From Gracilinanus agilis (Eukaryota), in assembly GCF_016433145.1 (NCBI RefSeq), contig NC_058132.1, forward strand, positions 63,597,641 through 63,661,640: DNA of 64,000 nt, read 5' to 3'. A program made the position numbers and the translations under genes. Position 1 is the stretch's first letter. Each line of letters starts with the position of its first letter. The notes below the pieces were generated by a model, which did not search any database, was not told the DNA's origin, and saw nothing but the letters and a program-made list of their open reading frames with translations. Shown one piece after another: positions 51,201-64,000 of the stretch.

Positions 51201-51549
51201 AGTCATCTTCCCTTGCTAACTTGCATCCTGGCCTCCTCTGTTCTAAAGATCCTCCTGATCTGACTTTTTTTGTTCTAAGGACCCTCCCAGCTCTGTCATA
51301 GATATCTATGAATTTATGAATATTAAGGGCTCCATGTATCTAGGCCTTTATCTCCCTGCAACTTTCTGAAAGACTCCCTCTCTGAGGAACCCACCCTCGT
51401 GCTGAGGGGTCGGCTGTTCCTAGGGGTAGCGAAGAGGCTCCATCCAATCCCCTTTCCCACCTCCCCCGGAGCTTTCCTAAAGTATCAGGAAAGCTCAGAT
51501 CCCTTAAAACCTCTGACCCCATTTTTTTCTTGCTCGTTCTCCAGCTGGG

Positions 51550-52650
51550 TGGGCAGTGAAGGTAGGTCCCCCTCCTACCAGCTCAACTCATTCATTTCCG
51601 GCCTCCCCCGAGGAGCGCCCCCCCCCCCACCTCCAGCTGTGGGCTTCCTTTCTTGACCTCTGGGCACACTCAGCTCCAGCTGCGCGCTTCTTCCTCTGCT
51701 CATCGCAGGCTTCCCTCCCTCCTTTTTCCCCCTTTTCCCTTTCCATCCCTCTCTCCCGAGCCTCCTTACGTACCTGCTGCCCGAGTCCCTCCGGACCGTG
51801 GTCAGGAGAGGCTGAAGTCGCCGCTTTCCCAAACTGACCCAAGCCAGCCCCAGCCCCAACCCCTGCCCCACACTTGGTCTCCAGAGAAGCCAGGAAAGAG
51901 AAGAGGCAAAGAGGAACAGTCAGCGGGGAGCTCGGAGCGACTCCGCCCCGGTCTCGGCCTGACTCCCCCTCCTCCCCCAAGGGAGCGGCCCAGACTGCCG
52001 GCCTCCCTCCCTCCTCCCTCTGTCCCTCCCCGTTGGGAGCGGCTCCCCCCGCCTCCCCCAACCGGACAACCCTCCCCCCAGCTGGGGAGACCTCGGTAAA
52101 GAGGATCCCCAAGCGTCCAGGCTCTCTGTATCCCCCCCCCCCTCCTCCTCCGCCTCTCCCCGGGTGCCTAGCACAGAACCTGGAACACAGCAGAAGATGG
52201 GGAATAAGGAATGAATGAATGAAAGTACCATCAGGCAACTGGATCTCCAAACTCCGTATCCCTTCAGGGCGCCGCCTGCCTTGTTATATAAACCCAGACC
52301 AGACAGATCCCTCCTCCACGGGGCTGTTCCTCCCCCCTCCCCGCGCGCCGCGTTCCGGTCCGATCCGTCTGTCTCCAAAAAGGTTTCAGCTCTGAGCAGC
52401 TTCAGGGAGCTGCCAGGCCTGGCGATTCTGCCCAGAAGTGATGGAATCTTGGAGTTGGGAGGAACTTTGGACATCCTCCCTCCCTCTCTGGCCCCCGTAG
52501 CTCAGCCCTTCTTCACGCCATCGCCCCCCACCCCGACACACATCCAGCCAGAGCGCTCCCTGCTCGTGTTGCTGGCTGAACGGGGGGAGGGAGCTTGATG
52601 GAAAGGATTCTGGCCGGAGCAAGCGATGGCCGAGCTTAGAGCTAAAAAAT
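51550..52650 (-). promoter_or_regulatory. PAQR7: CpG island, promoter and 5' non-coding exons of PAQR7
   Basis: GC/CpG-rich block about 9.5 kb upstream of the PAQR7 CDS, as expected for a gene with non-coding 5' exons. Confidence 0.75.
51774..51878 (-). other. PAQR7: Candidate PAQR7 5'UTR exon
   Basis: Minus strand has branch-like gctgac and a long pyrimidine tract, then AG at 51880-51879 (alternative AG at 51874-51873). Donor CAG|GTACGT after 51774. Confidence 0.5.
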
Positions 52651-53173
52651 AAAAGAAATACTAGAATGGCCCCACAGGCTGGGACTAGAACGTTCAGAAA
52701 GCGCCAAGAGCCTGCCCCACCTTACTGGTCACATCACTTCTGAAGTGCTGACCCACTCCACGTTACAGGAAATGTCCAGAGGGGGGCAATCAGAATGGCG
52801 GTGAGAGGCCTGGAGTTGAAGGGAACTGGGGGTGTTTAAAACGGAGGGAAAAAGGCTTGAAAAGGAGAAAAGGAAATACAGAACCGAAGGGATGGTTGGA
52901 TTTAACACTGGGTTTCTTCTGCACAGGGGCATTTAAAAATGTGCATTAAAAAAAATAAAATTAAAATTAAAAAATTAAAAAAAAGTACTTTGCAAATTCC
53001 AGAGTACTATATAAAAGCCAGCTTTCCAATTAGATTATGAGCTCCTTGAGGGCAGGGATTGTCTTCTGCATCTTTGTATATCCCCCAGAGCTTAGCACAA
53101 TGCCTGCTACATAGTATACGCTTAATAAATATTGATTGATTTAAAAAAATGTGCATTAAAAAATATACATTAA

Positions 53174-53370
53174 GGGGGGCAGCTGGGTAGCTCAGTGGAT
53201 TGAGAGCCAGGCCTAGAGACAGGAGGTCCTAGGTTCAAACCTGGCCTCAGCCACTTCCCAGCTGTGTGACCCTGGGCAAGTCACTTGACCCCCATTGCCC
53301 ACCCTTACCAATCTTCCACCTATATATAAGTCAATACACAGAAGTTAAGGGTTTAAAATAACAAAAAATA
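53174..53370 (+). mobile_element. SINE1_Mdo-like SINE (young)
   Basis: Near-consensus body with flanking acattaagg duplication. Confidence 0.92.
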
Positions 53371-55486
53371 AAATATATATATACACATTAAGGCAGAGGT
53401 AGCTAGGTGGTTCAGAGGATTGAGAGCCAAGCCTAAGGAGGGTTGAGGGCCTGGGTTCAAATCCCATCTCAGGAGCCTTGCTAGCTGCATGATCCTGGGC
53501 AAGTCACCTAACTCGCCTTGAAACCAATACATAGTATTGATTCTAAGATAGAAGGTAAGGATTTAAAAGTATATACATATATACACACACATATACATAT
53601 AATTTATTATTAAATAAATCATTACAATAAATTATATATAATACAAAAAATAAAATTTAAAAATACATATTTATTAAAATTCTATAATCATAATTATATA
53701 TATATATACACATACAACAATACCAGGTGTCAAGGCACAAAGAAACTTTACATAATATTAAAAAAAGTAACACAGCAAAAATACTGAACATATCCTGTTA
53801 CAGACCATGGTGCAGGAAAAAATGATTGGCACAAGAAACACAAAGACACACAAAGAGGACTTAATGGTGAAGGGGCAGTTGCGTAGACACCGTGGATAGA
53901 GGGCCAGGCCCAGAGTTGGGAGGACCTAGGTTCAAATGTGGTGTTAGATACTAGCTGTGTGACCCTGGATGAGTCATTTAACCCTAAATGCCTAGCCCTT
54001 ACTGCTCTTCTGTCTTTGAATGGATATCAATTCTAAGGCAGAAGACAAGGAATTAAAAAAATTTAATAATGATCACATCCTGAATAAAAAGTAGGCTAAA
54101 GAAACAATAACTATGTGAAAGGTTAATTTATAATAAGATTGCATTTCAAAATTCCTGGGGCACACTAAAGCAGTCCTATGGGAAAAATCTCATCTCAGAC
54201 GCTAACACTGTCAAAACCAACAAAGACGACAAACCAAATATTCAGTTTAAAAATTTTTAAGTCAACAAATATATGAATTCCAAATAAGTATAAATTAGAT
54301 GAGAAAAATCTAAATTGGAAACCAATCAACAAAACCAAAGCTGGTTCTTTGGGATATCATGAGGAGGAATGGTCAAGTAACTGAAAGGTTTTCATATAAA
54401 CTTATTTGTCAGGTAGACTATGATTGGCCCCAAATTACGAAATTAGAATTAGAATGTGGCAATTGCAAAGGGGAAAATTTAAGTTTGGTTTAAGGAAAAA
54501 TTTCCTAATGATTTTGTTATTGTTCAGTAGAGTCTGACTCTCTAAGACTCCTTTTGAGGTTTTCTTCACTGGAGTCGTTTGCCATTTCCCTCTCAGTTCA
54601 TTTTAAAGGTGAGAAAATTTATGTGAACAAGGTTAAGTGACTCGCCCAGGGTCACCCAGCTAGTAAGTTTCTGAGGCCAGATTTGAAGACGAGTCATCTT
54701 GACTTCAGACCCTACTGAGCATGCCACCTAGCAGCAACTCCAGTGAGTTAACCAAAAGTAGGAGGTGGAAGAAAGCAGTGGGTTCCCTGTGTCTACAGGT
54801 CTTCAAGCAAAGATTAGATGAGCTTGTGATGGAGAAAGGATGACTTGTAGAGAGGATGACTGGGTCTGAGGTTCTTCCAAGTTAGAATATGGCAAGTTTG
54901 GGACAAAGAAAAAATCCAAACTTCAGCTCCATCTTCCACCCTGAATTTTGGCTAGGTTTCATCCAACTAGTTTACCTAGAAGATGGTAGGAAAAGGTAAA
55001 TTATTTTGCCATCAGAGCCCCCACCAGGAATGCTCGTCTATCTGATTGTTGTTGTTGTTGTTTTCCAGTGGACCTGGGGAGGATACCAAGGGGATAACTA
55101 GGAGTTAAGCACAAATATTCATTGAGCACTATGTTAGGCATGGTAGGAAAATGCAAAGAGAAATAAGATGTGGTCCCTAATCTAAGATTTAATTACAGAC
55201 ATAATACAAATTCAGATATGATAAATGTATATGAGAATTCCTGGGCAAGGCCCCAGGCAGAAACACAGATTCCAAAGCATCAACAGCACTTTTCCTAGTA
55301 GCAAAGAGCTAGTTGGTTGGTTGTTGTCCTCAATTCCCAGACAGGAATTAAAGGACTCACTATCTAATCAGGTATTACACCCCCTTGAGAGACAACATGA
55401 TGGTATGCTGCCTTTGTAGGTTTAAGGAAGCCACCATGCAAACCAATTTGGACTTCTGCTCCATGTATCACACACAGTATACATGA

Positions 55487-55621
55487 NNNNNNNNNNNNNN
55501 NNNNNNNNNNNNNNNNNNNNNNNNNNNNNNNNNNNNNNNNNNNNNNNNNNNNNNNNNNNNNNNNNNNNNNNNNNNNNNNNNNNNNNNNNNNNNNNNNNNN
55601 NNNNNNNNNNNNNNNNNNNNN
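55487..55621. other. Assembly gap (135 N)
   Basis: N run. Confidence 1.
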
Positions 55622-55887
55622 AGAGGCTCATTAAAAGAGACAATTCTGAATAACTGAAAAATGAAAAAGGCTCTCAAGAATAGATAATGTTACCTCTCTC
55701 TTCTGGGCAGAGTAGGAGAAAACCATACTAGAGGAAAATATTGCAAATATTGTCAGAAACAGTCTCTATACTAGTTGTTTTTGTTTACCTACTTTGTTAT
55801 TTTTAAAATTCAATATTGTATTATTTTCAGTTCCAAATTTTCACTTTCTCCCATTCCCCTATTTCTCATTCATTGAAAAACAAGAGG

Positions 55888-56095
55888 AGGGGGCAGCTGG
55901 GTGGCTCAGAGGATGAGGAGCCAGGCCTAGAGACAAGAGGTCCTGGGTTCAAATCTGGCCACAGACACTTCCTAGCTGTGTGACCCTGGGCAAGTCACTT
56001 ACTCCCCATTCCCTAGCCCTTATCACTCTTCTGCCTTGGAGCCAATACACAGTATTGACTCCAAGATGGAAGGTCAGGGTTTAAAAAAAAAAGAA
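55888..56095 (+). mobile_element. SINE1_Mdo-like SINE
   Basis: ggggcagctgggtggctcag head and A-rich tail. Confidence 0.9.
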
Positions 56096-57776
56096 AAGAA
56101 AAACAGGAGGAACAAACCCTATTATTATGAATATTAGTCATGCAAACAAATTCTCACATGATCTATGTCAAAAAAAGAGTCCCATGATCCTTAGGGTACA
56201 GGAACAAAATAGATGGTGATATACCTCTTCTTTAATGTCATTTCCACTGATAAGATCATCATTTCTGATGGACCAGTTCAAGGACTTTGGTGATAAGGAC
56301 TTTTTTCTCAGTTTTCAGTAGCTGTGACTGAATCACCTACAGGAGAAGTTCTGCATCTCTATAGGGATCTTCCAAGCATGATGGCTGTCCCCAAGGTTCA
56401 AGGTCCTGGGCTGACTCCATCAGGATCTGAGGGGAAATGCCAGAGGGTCAAGGCGGTGGTGGCAGTAGTCTGACTTCCCTGACTATATGCTACTCTCACT
56501 GCTTCAGCTAGGCAGGCTTGGCTGCCCTGTATATGGCAGTTGGTTAGCAGTTAATGAACATGGCTGGTAGCTCCACAACACAGGAGTTGCTTCCCTGGAT
56601 AATGGCTCTGAGGCTGGGTTGGAAGCAGGACTGGCAATCTAGAAGGTGCTGCCATTCTCAGGGTTCCTGTGCCTTTATGACTATTGGGGGCAGTTGGTCA
56701 GCAGTTGCTGCTGGTGGTGGTGAAGAAGCTTGGCCCCCTCTCCACAATGATTTCTCCCACCAGTGACGGTTATGGGGGCTGAGCTAGAAACATATTTGAT
56801 GGTTTGGGGGACTCTGCTCTTCCCAAGAGTCTTGGACTCCAGGTCCTGGCTCCCACCTCCTCTTCCTCAGGGTGCCCTGCTGTTTCTGCTGGAGATTCTA
56901 GAGTTAGAATAGGAAGGAACCTCAGAGGCCGACTACTCCAGCCCTCTCATTTTACAGATGAATAAACTCAGACCTAAAATGACTTGACCAAGATCACCCA
57001 CCTACTCATAAATATCAGAGCTGGGAATTGAACTCTGGTCCTCTGACTCCAAATTCAGCTATACCACACTGCCTGACTAGACCATCTAGTCCAACTCCTT
57101 TTCCCCTTCAGACTTTACATAACACTTTGCCTGCATCTCACTCATGGACTTGGCTATGATACACAATAATACATGCTATCTGTCCATCTCTTTTATCTTA
57201 CTGAACTTTCAAGGACATAAACAGCTGTTATATTATCTAATCTTTGTAGAGGCATGAAGTGTCTCCCAATCTTTTTATAGGGTAAGGTGCATATCTTATC
57301 TTCTTCACATCTTTTCTGACTCCTCTTCTGGCAGCTAGTGAATGTCTCATTTATTAAATTAGGAACTTGAAAGCTTGTTGCATTGAATTAGACGCCTTCA
57401 TTTTTTTTTCAGAGGAGGAAACTGTAGCCCTGGGATGGTATAGGATTTGTGTGTGGTTACGTAGCTAACCTAGTGCTTCTAATCCCAAATTTAGCTTCCT
57501 TTCCATGAGACCCCACTGCTTTTAAGCTTCAGGGATATCCTGCTCTGATGAAAAGGGGTGTCACAAAGAGAAAATTTGATGGAGGAGACACCAGCTTTGA
57601 CACCTCAAGAACCTTATAGTCTGATAAGTTGGACATGGAAACATGAAAAAGTCCAAAAATAAATGGGTGGTGTGGAAAAGATAATTGGTTTTAGAATCAG
57701 AGGATCCTGGCTTTTTTTGGATTTTTTTGGATTTGGATCTTTATACTCCCTGAGCCTCAGTTTCCTCATCTTTTAC

Positions 57777-57962
57777 TTTTTTTTTTTAAACCCTTAACTT
57801 CTGTGTATTGGCTCCTTGGTGGAAGAGTGGTAAGGGTGGGCAATGGAGGTCAAGTGAATTGCCCAGGGTCACACAGCTGGGAAGTGTCTGAGGCCAGATT
57901 TGAACCTAGGACCTCCCGTCTCTAGGCCTGACTCTCAATCCAATGAGCTACCCAGCTGCCCC
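57777..57962 (-). mobile_element. SINE1_Mdo-like SINE
   Basis: Poly-T tail then aacccttaacttctgtgtattggctcc...gagctacccagctgccccc. Further related copies lie near 3.5, 9.14, 25.64, 29.11, 34.18, 37.8, 49.13, 53.4, 53.87, 60.02, 61.02 and 63.6 kb. Confidence 0.92.
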
Positions 57963-60900
57963 CTCCTCATCATCTTTTAAATGAGGGCACTGAATTGGAT
58001 ATTCTCTGAGGTCCCTTCTGGCTTGAGATCTGTGATTCCATGATCCTAAGTGCAGACTGATTAATCTCTTCTCAATTATCCATGGGGAGAAGGTTAAAGA
58101 TAGAGGCATAAATAATTCAAAATACTGGGTAATAAAAACATCACTTGGCTTTGAGGTGGATATAGCCCATGAATAGCGATAATCATGTGTCCAAAGATGT
58201 ATAATATATACAAATGTATAATGGTTACAAAACACAAGGCTTGTCACTCCAAGGTAGTCATAGAAAAGCTTATCAAAAGATTTCTTGTCAAACTAGAAGA
58301 TTGATACACATTCTCAAAGCATATGACAAACTGGTTAAACATTTACAGAAATACTTTTGGGACAAATAGATCTCATATTGCAAGAGTAAAGGCTAAAAAC
58401 TAGTCATTGCCGCTTGATTTGCTGAATTCAACAAAAATTGATTTATCCCTAGGTGGAACCTATTAAATTAAGACCACTCAGTGCAGCTGAGGACTCTCTA
58501 CTAAGTGACTTCCTACATTCGGTGGCCAAGGCCCCTCCAAATGAACGATGATGTTCGGTTAGCTCTCAGCATTTGCCATAGAGAGGAAAAGGCCCATAAA
58601 GTCCAAAGATTTGATAATGGATACTCTCGTCAACAGAGGCTCCAGGAGTCTAGAGATGGGAATAGGGTGCTTCAAACCAGCATCTGAATTGGAGTAGTGG
58701 CATGGTAGCTCTGAAGATGACTCCCCAGTTTCCCCTTTTTTAAAAATAATTATATATATAATTTTATGATTGAAATTCCTAGCTCTGCAGTGTGTTAGAG
58801 ATGCTTCCTCCTTTTCAGAAGTTCCAGGATAGGGACTGGGAAGGAGCAAGTTGTTACCTGCTACTTCCATTTCCAGACCTTCACTTTGGGAATTTTGAGT
58901 TCAGTAAATAATTAAGGGGATTAAGAGTATTCATTTAGAAAATTTCCCTAAGTTTAGCTAAGAAGGGGGAGGTAGACAGTAATGTCTATGATGTCAGGGC
59001 TGTTTTGGTATCAGAGAAATTCTTTTCTGTAAGTTTTTATTGGAGAGAAAAGAGAGAGACCTTTTTAGTTATTTTAAAAAGATAAAAGCAAAATAAAGTA
59101 AGGAACAATTACCACTTACAGGATACTAGCCAATTGATATAGATGCAAGTATTCCCAGGGAGGTCCGCCTCAAATTGCATAGCTAGTGTCAAGAGAATGG
59201 ATCTGGGCTTCTTCTTCAAATGAGAAACTGAAGGCCTCCTAGAGGTGCTTATTTGTCTCAGGATTTGATTCTACAATAAGAATGCTAACTTGGAATCTTC
59301 TGGGGGTGGGGTTAAAAACAAACTTCTAACATACAGAGATCCTTTAATCATTATTATTATTATTATTATATGTTTTATATATATATTGAGACCTGTGATC
59401 TCATGATCCTAAGTGCAGATTGATTAATCTACTCTCAATTATCTATGGGGAAGAGTAAAGATAGAGGCATAAATAATTCAAAATACAAAAATTTCAAAAT
59501 TATAATATATACTTTATTACTAAATTATTAAATTGTTAATTATTGAATTATTAATTTTGCCATGTATAAATGTATGCATGTATATATATGTGTGCATGTG
59601 TATATACTGTGATGGGGGGGATGAATGATGGGGATGAGGGTTTGGAAGGAATGGTGTTTTCACAATAATTATCCTCTATAGAATATATGTCTATATGTCT
59701 TCTCTCACAGCTTGACAAACATAGAAATATGTGTTGCAAGATAGTACATGTATAACCTATATCATCTGACCTACTATCTTGGCAAGGGGGGATGGGAGAG
59801 GAGAGAACATGAATAGAAACATGTTAAAATGATTATTAAAATAAAATAAAATGTGTCTACATGTAAACTGGAAAACAAAAATGTAATAAAAAATTTTTAA
59901 ATAAAAAATGTCTCTCTCTATATACACATATATATATTCTATAGTAAGCACTATCAATTCATTTATCCAGAGGGAAGATAACACTTTCAGTTACAAAATT
60001 CTAAGTTGTTAAAATGTTCTTCTAGGGGGCAGGGGATTGAGAGCCAGGCCTAGAGACGGGAGGTCCTGGGTTCAAATCAGACCTCAGATATTTCCTAGCT
60101 GTTTGACCCTGGGCAAGTCACTTAAACTCCCATTGCCTAGCCCTTACCATTCTTGGAACCAATATATGGTATTGATTCTAAAATGGAAGGTAAGGGTTTA
60201 AAAAGTATATATTCTTCTCTAAATAATAAGGTTTCACAGAAACCACAAATGGGACAGCAGAAAATTAATTATGGGAGTCACAATTGAAGAGATCTTACAC
60301 CACCTATGAAACAGCTAGGATCCAAGAGTGGAATTAAATGGCCCACCTTGGGTGACAGCCACAGAAGCTCAATTAAAATCTATCATCAATGGAGTGTTGA
60401 ACAAATGGCTGTTACGAAAATTTGTTTTCAGAAATAATTTGTTTATGATAGTGATTTAGGATTAGCTCATTTCCACTAGAAGTAACAGAAAGATTATCTT
60501 TAAGGAGTCTCGAAGCCAGTTACAGGGTGTGTGTGTGTTAGGGGGTGAATTATGGCATAAATTAGGGAACTTAATAACTATAGAACCAACTTTTAGGGCA
60601 GGAATAGCAACCAGGTTAACTGTATGCTTGTGCCCACAAGCCAGGGTGGTGAGTGGTATCAGAATCCAGAGCAGGCCTGAGCCTGTCAGTGAAAGGGAAG
60701 GAGGCCCAGATGTCTTCTAGGTGATGAAGGGTGGGAAGGGGTGGAGAGAGAAGCATGCAGCCAGGTGCAACTTCTTCAAACAGAGAATGTGGATAGGTGC
60801 CAGAGGATACAAAGAGTCTAATAACAGCATAGTTTCTACCCCCAAGGAACTCTGAATCTGAGTGAGGAGAAATGACTTCAAATGAAAACTAATAGGACAA

Positions 60901-61399
60901 AGGGCTAAAATTTTTCTTCAGATTGAGCTAACACCAGGCATTCAACAAAATAAAATTCATGAAATATTTGTTAAATGCCTACACAGTGATTTTTGAACTT
61001 AAAAAAAAAAAATTCATGCTGAGGAATAGCTGAGAGCCAAGTGTATTCACAAAAGGTCCTGGGTTCAAACTCAGCTTCAGACACTTTCTAGCTGTGTGAC
61101 CCTGGGCAAATCACTTACCCCAATTGCTTAGCCCTTAACGTTCTTCTTTCTTGAAACCAATACTTAGGATAGATTCTAGGACAGAAGAATTTTTTAAAAT
61201 TGTTTCTACATGTACTTGAAAAGAAAATGAAATTACAATATGATGAATATGGAAATATGTATTGCATGATAGCACATGTATAACATATATCATATTGCCT
61301 CAGGGGAAAGAGAAGGGAGGGAGGGAAGAAAAGAATTTAGACTGAAAAACAAATGTTTAAAATTGTTCCTGCAGGCATTTGGAAAAAAATACACACACA

Positions 61400-63500
61400 C
61401 ACATATAAAATAAAATCTTGGGGGAGGAGAAAAACTTGGTTGTAGAGTTTCTTAACGTATTAAGAGGCTATATTTGCTCAGGCATCATAGGCATGAATCC
61501 TATTTTGAATCTGAAGCCAAGTCTTCCTATATTGGTCTGTTCTAATTTTTGGGGAGTTGTTGTTTGAGCAAAGTTTTGTACCTCTTGTGCCAAATTGTTT
61601 ATTCATTTTCCAACTCATTCTTTTGTAGTTCTCATTTCTTTTCCCATTTTTTTCTAACCACTAACACTTTTTTCACTAATAAAAGCATTTTAAACTCTCT
61701 TTTTAAACTTAAGCATCCCTAGCCCCATAAAAGCTGTTTACAATGAGATTCCTTTTTTGTTTGCTCATTCTTCCAGGCTACTTCCTGACTTGTGACTTGA
61801 CTTTAGGGCCATTCGCTCTACACTTTTGGAAGAAATGTCTAGGTTAACTTTTCTCTTACTTTCTTGGGAGTATTGTTATGCTATGGCAGGATCTCAAGGA
61901 GAGCTCAGACTGGGGACCTGAAAGCTTTCAGTGATCCTAAAGTGGTCTGATCCAGAGCAAAGTCTGACCACTGCTCCCCTCATCCGAGCTCTGCAAACTC
62001 CTGTTGTGGGCTTGCATTTGAGCAATAGGCCTGAGAGCCTGTCTATTTATTTGGAGTTCCAGTAGATCGCTGTGGGATTCACCCACTATTAGTCAGCTGG
62101 GAATTTCTGCTGGTTCAGTGGGACAGAACTGAATGCTCCCCTTCAGTCTGGGATTCCTGCTCTGGTTCTTCTGCTACAGGTTTCAGACAGGGCTAGGGGC
62201 GGGAACTGAGCCCCTACTCTTTTCCTGGGGTCAGGAACTTGCTTTCAAATTTGTTCTCTGCTCAATACACAGCCTGGTTCCCACAATCATTTGTTACCCC
62301 TAGGTGCAAGTCTCTTCATCTCTCCACTTTGGATGAGTCCTGGACCAGAGAAGTAAGCAACCGAGTTGCCACTTGACACTTGTTCCTATGGCTTACAACA
62401 GGCTAAGATCTTCCATGTTGATCTGGGACCTTCTTGTCTTGCCCTGGTTCATGGCTTCTCCCAGGCAACAAGTCAAGAAACATGTACTAAATGCTTGCTA
62501 TGTGCCCCAGTGATGGAATGCTTCTGTGCTCCTGCCTAGATCCTCCCTAGCATAAGCTGACCTCCCTTTGTGTCTCCCTGCATTGATCTGGAGTGTAAAA
62601 ATGATTCATTGTAATTTTCCTTCTTGGATTTCCTGATAAAGATTCAGTCTGGAGCATTTGTAGATCTTTTTTTGAAGAGGATTTTTTTACCCCTGTGGCG
62701 GCCTGGGGAGATGAAGAGCTCATTGTACTTCTTCCTGTTATTCTACTATTTAGAACCTTCCTCTAGATTCTACATTTTAAACTAGTGTTTATAGACTACA
62801 ATTAGTTGACATCAGAATCCAAGTCTTCCATATTACATTCATTTAAAAATATATCAATATCATGTAATAGCTTTCTTGATGTGTCACTGCCACTAACAAG
62901 TAGCAAATCCTCCCTAGCATTATTTCAACATGTCGTTTATATGTAATTAGACAAATACCTTTTTTCTATAATTTCTCTTTTATCCACTTGCAGTACAAAG
63001 TAGAAAGATTTTATCTTAACTGAGTGCAAAGGTCTTCATACATATGGACAATTCTCTTTTCTCCTATATTTATCATCTTCAGGTGGAATTACTGGAAACT
63101 CTTTTGCATGTTTGTATAATCAGCAGGTATCAGTGTGACCATATCAATAATAGCACTGTTTCTCCTATTGAACAATGCTTTTTACTCTTAGAAATACTAT
63201 GTCATCTCATACAGACAAGCAATGTTATTGACATCACAGATGTAGTCTTTACAAAAAGTTTGATTTTGCTAATTAAATAACCTAATTTTTTAAAAACAAT
63301 TCTTTTGGCTTATCGATGTTTTCTGCTACTCACCAACTCTCATGGGTGAGTTCATTCCATTCACATTCAGGGTTAAAATGATTATTTGTGGTTTTCCCAG
63401 CACATCTTCTTATATCCTCTTTGCTTTCTACTCACCTTTTTACAAAGAAAAAGCAAATAGGGAAAGAAAGGGATCGGTGTTAATAATCTTTAAGAAAAAT
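61400..63500 (-). mobile_element. Old LINE-1-like fragments (ORF1/5' region to endonuclease)
   Basis: T-rich reverse-L1 text (gagttcattccattcacattcag; aagtcttcctatattggtctg), heavily decayed. Confidence 0.5.
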
Positions 63501-64000
63501 GGTCTAATCCCACTCTAAATGCCCTTCTCTTTTTCTAGTCCACAATTTGATCACTAATTCTGACACTTTCTTCTTTTAGTCATTTTATAATCTGCTCCCC
63601 TTCTGTCTTAGAATTGATCCTAAGTATCTGTTCAAAGGCCCAAGAGTAATAAGGGCAATGCAGTGGAAGTTAAGTGACTTGCTCAGGGTCACATAGCTAG
63701 GAAGAACATGAGATCAGATTTGAACCCAGGACCTCTCATCTCTAAGCCTGGCTTCTCAATACACTGAGCCAAATAGCTGCCCCCTTAACATTATATTTTA
63801 AAATCAAGTCAATATGCAGCCGCCTGTAGGCATCCTCAGGTCTGGTTCAGAGGTCCCCATTTCCATTTGAGCTTGACTAACCACCATTCTAGAGAGTCCC
63901 TAGCAGAAGGGGACTCCTTAGGTGCCTCTGTGCCATTCTCTTCTCCTTGTAAAAGTCATCTACCAAGAAATGAATTTGTCCTTTGATATGACTCCAACGA

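Noticed and set aside
51550-52650. Long Pro/Gly/Arg-rich ORFs (up to 220 aa) in the CpG islands, also at 2.0-2.6 kb and 38.4-39.4 kb
   Set aside because: Stop-poor GC-rich sequence or N-spanning artefacts, with no recognisable domains.
52700-64000. STMN1 3' exons, the next gene by human synteny
   Set aside because: No stathmin-like coding sequence was seen. The region is repeat-rich intergenic DNA.

Overview
This is eukaryotic genomic DNA from a marsupial, most likely a didelphid opossum such as Monodelphis domestica. The assignment rests on abundant SINE1_Mdo-type SINEs and a marsupial-type mitochondrial insert. The gene order MTFR1L(+) / AUNIP(-) / PAQR7(-) matches human 1p36.11. MTFR1L has a CpG-island promoter near 2.2 kb and six coding exons (3339-19737), one partly hidden in an N gap. 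AUNIP has three coding exons (39079-23135, 353 aa). PAQR7 has a single coding exon (42283-41228, 351 aa) and a CpG island at about 51.5-52.6 kb. AUNIP intron 1 carries a young, nearly intact NUMT of about 2.93 kb (ND4 3' part, tRNA-His/Ser/Leu, ND5, ND6, truncated tRNA-Glu) flanked by a 6-bp direct repeat. The rest is mostly L1, L2, MIR and SINE fragments, solo LTRs, hAT MITEs, a decayed 7SL retrocopy, microsatellites and three N gaps. The best leads are: the NUMT and a candidate poison exon it creates in AUNIP; two hAT MITEs each carrying a consensus CTCF motif; a two-uORF arrangement in MTFR1L; and a PIP-box plus a triplicated 13-aa motif in AUNIP. All family and homology assignments are by eye from recalled sequences. 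No database search was run, and repeat boundaries are approximate unless target-site duplications are given.
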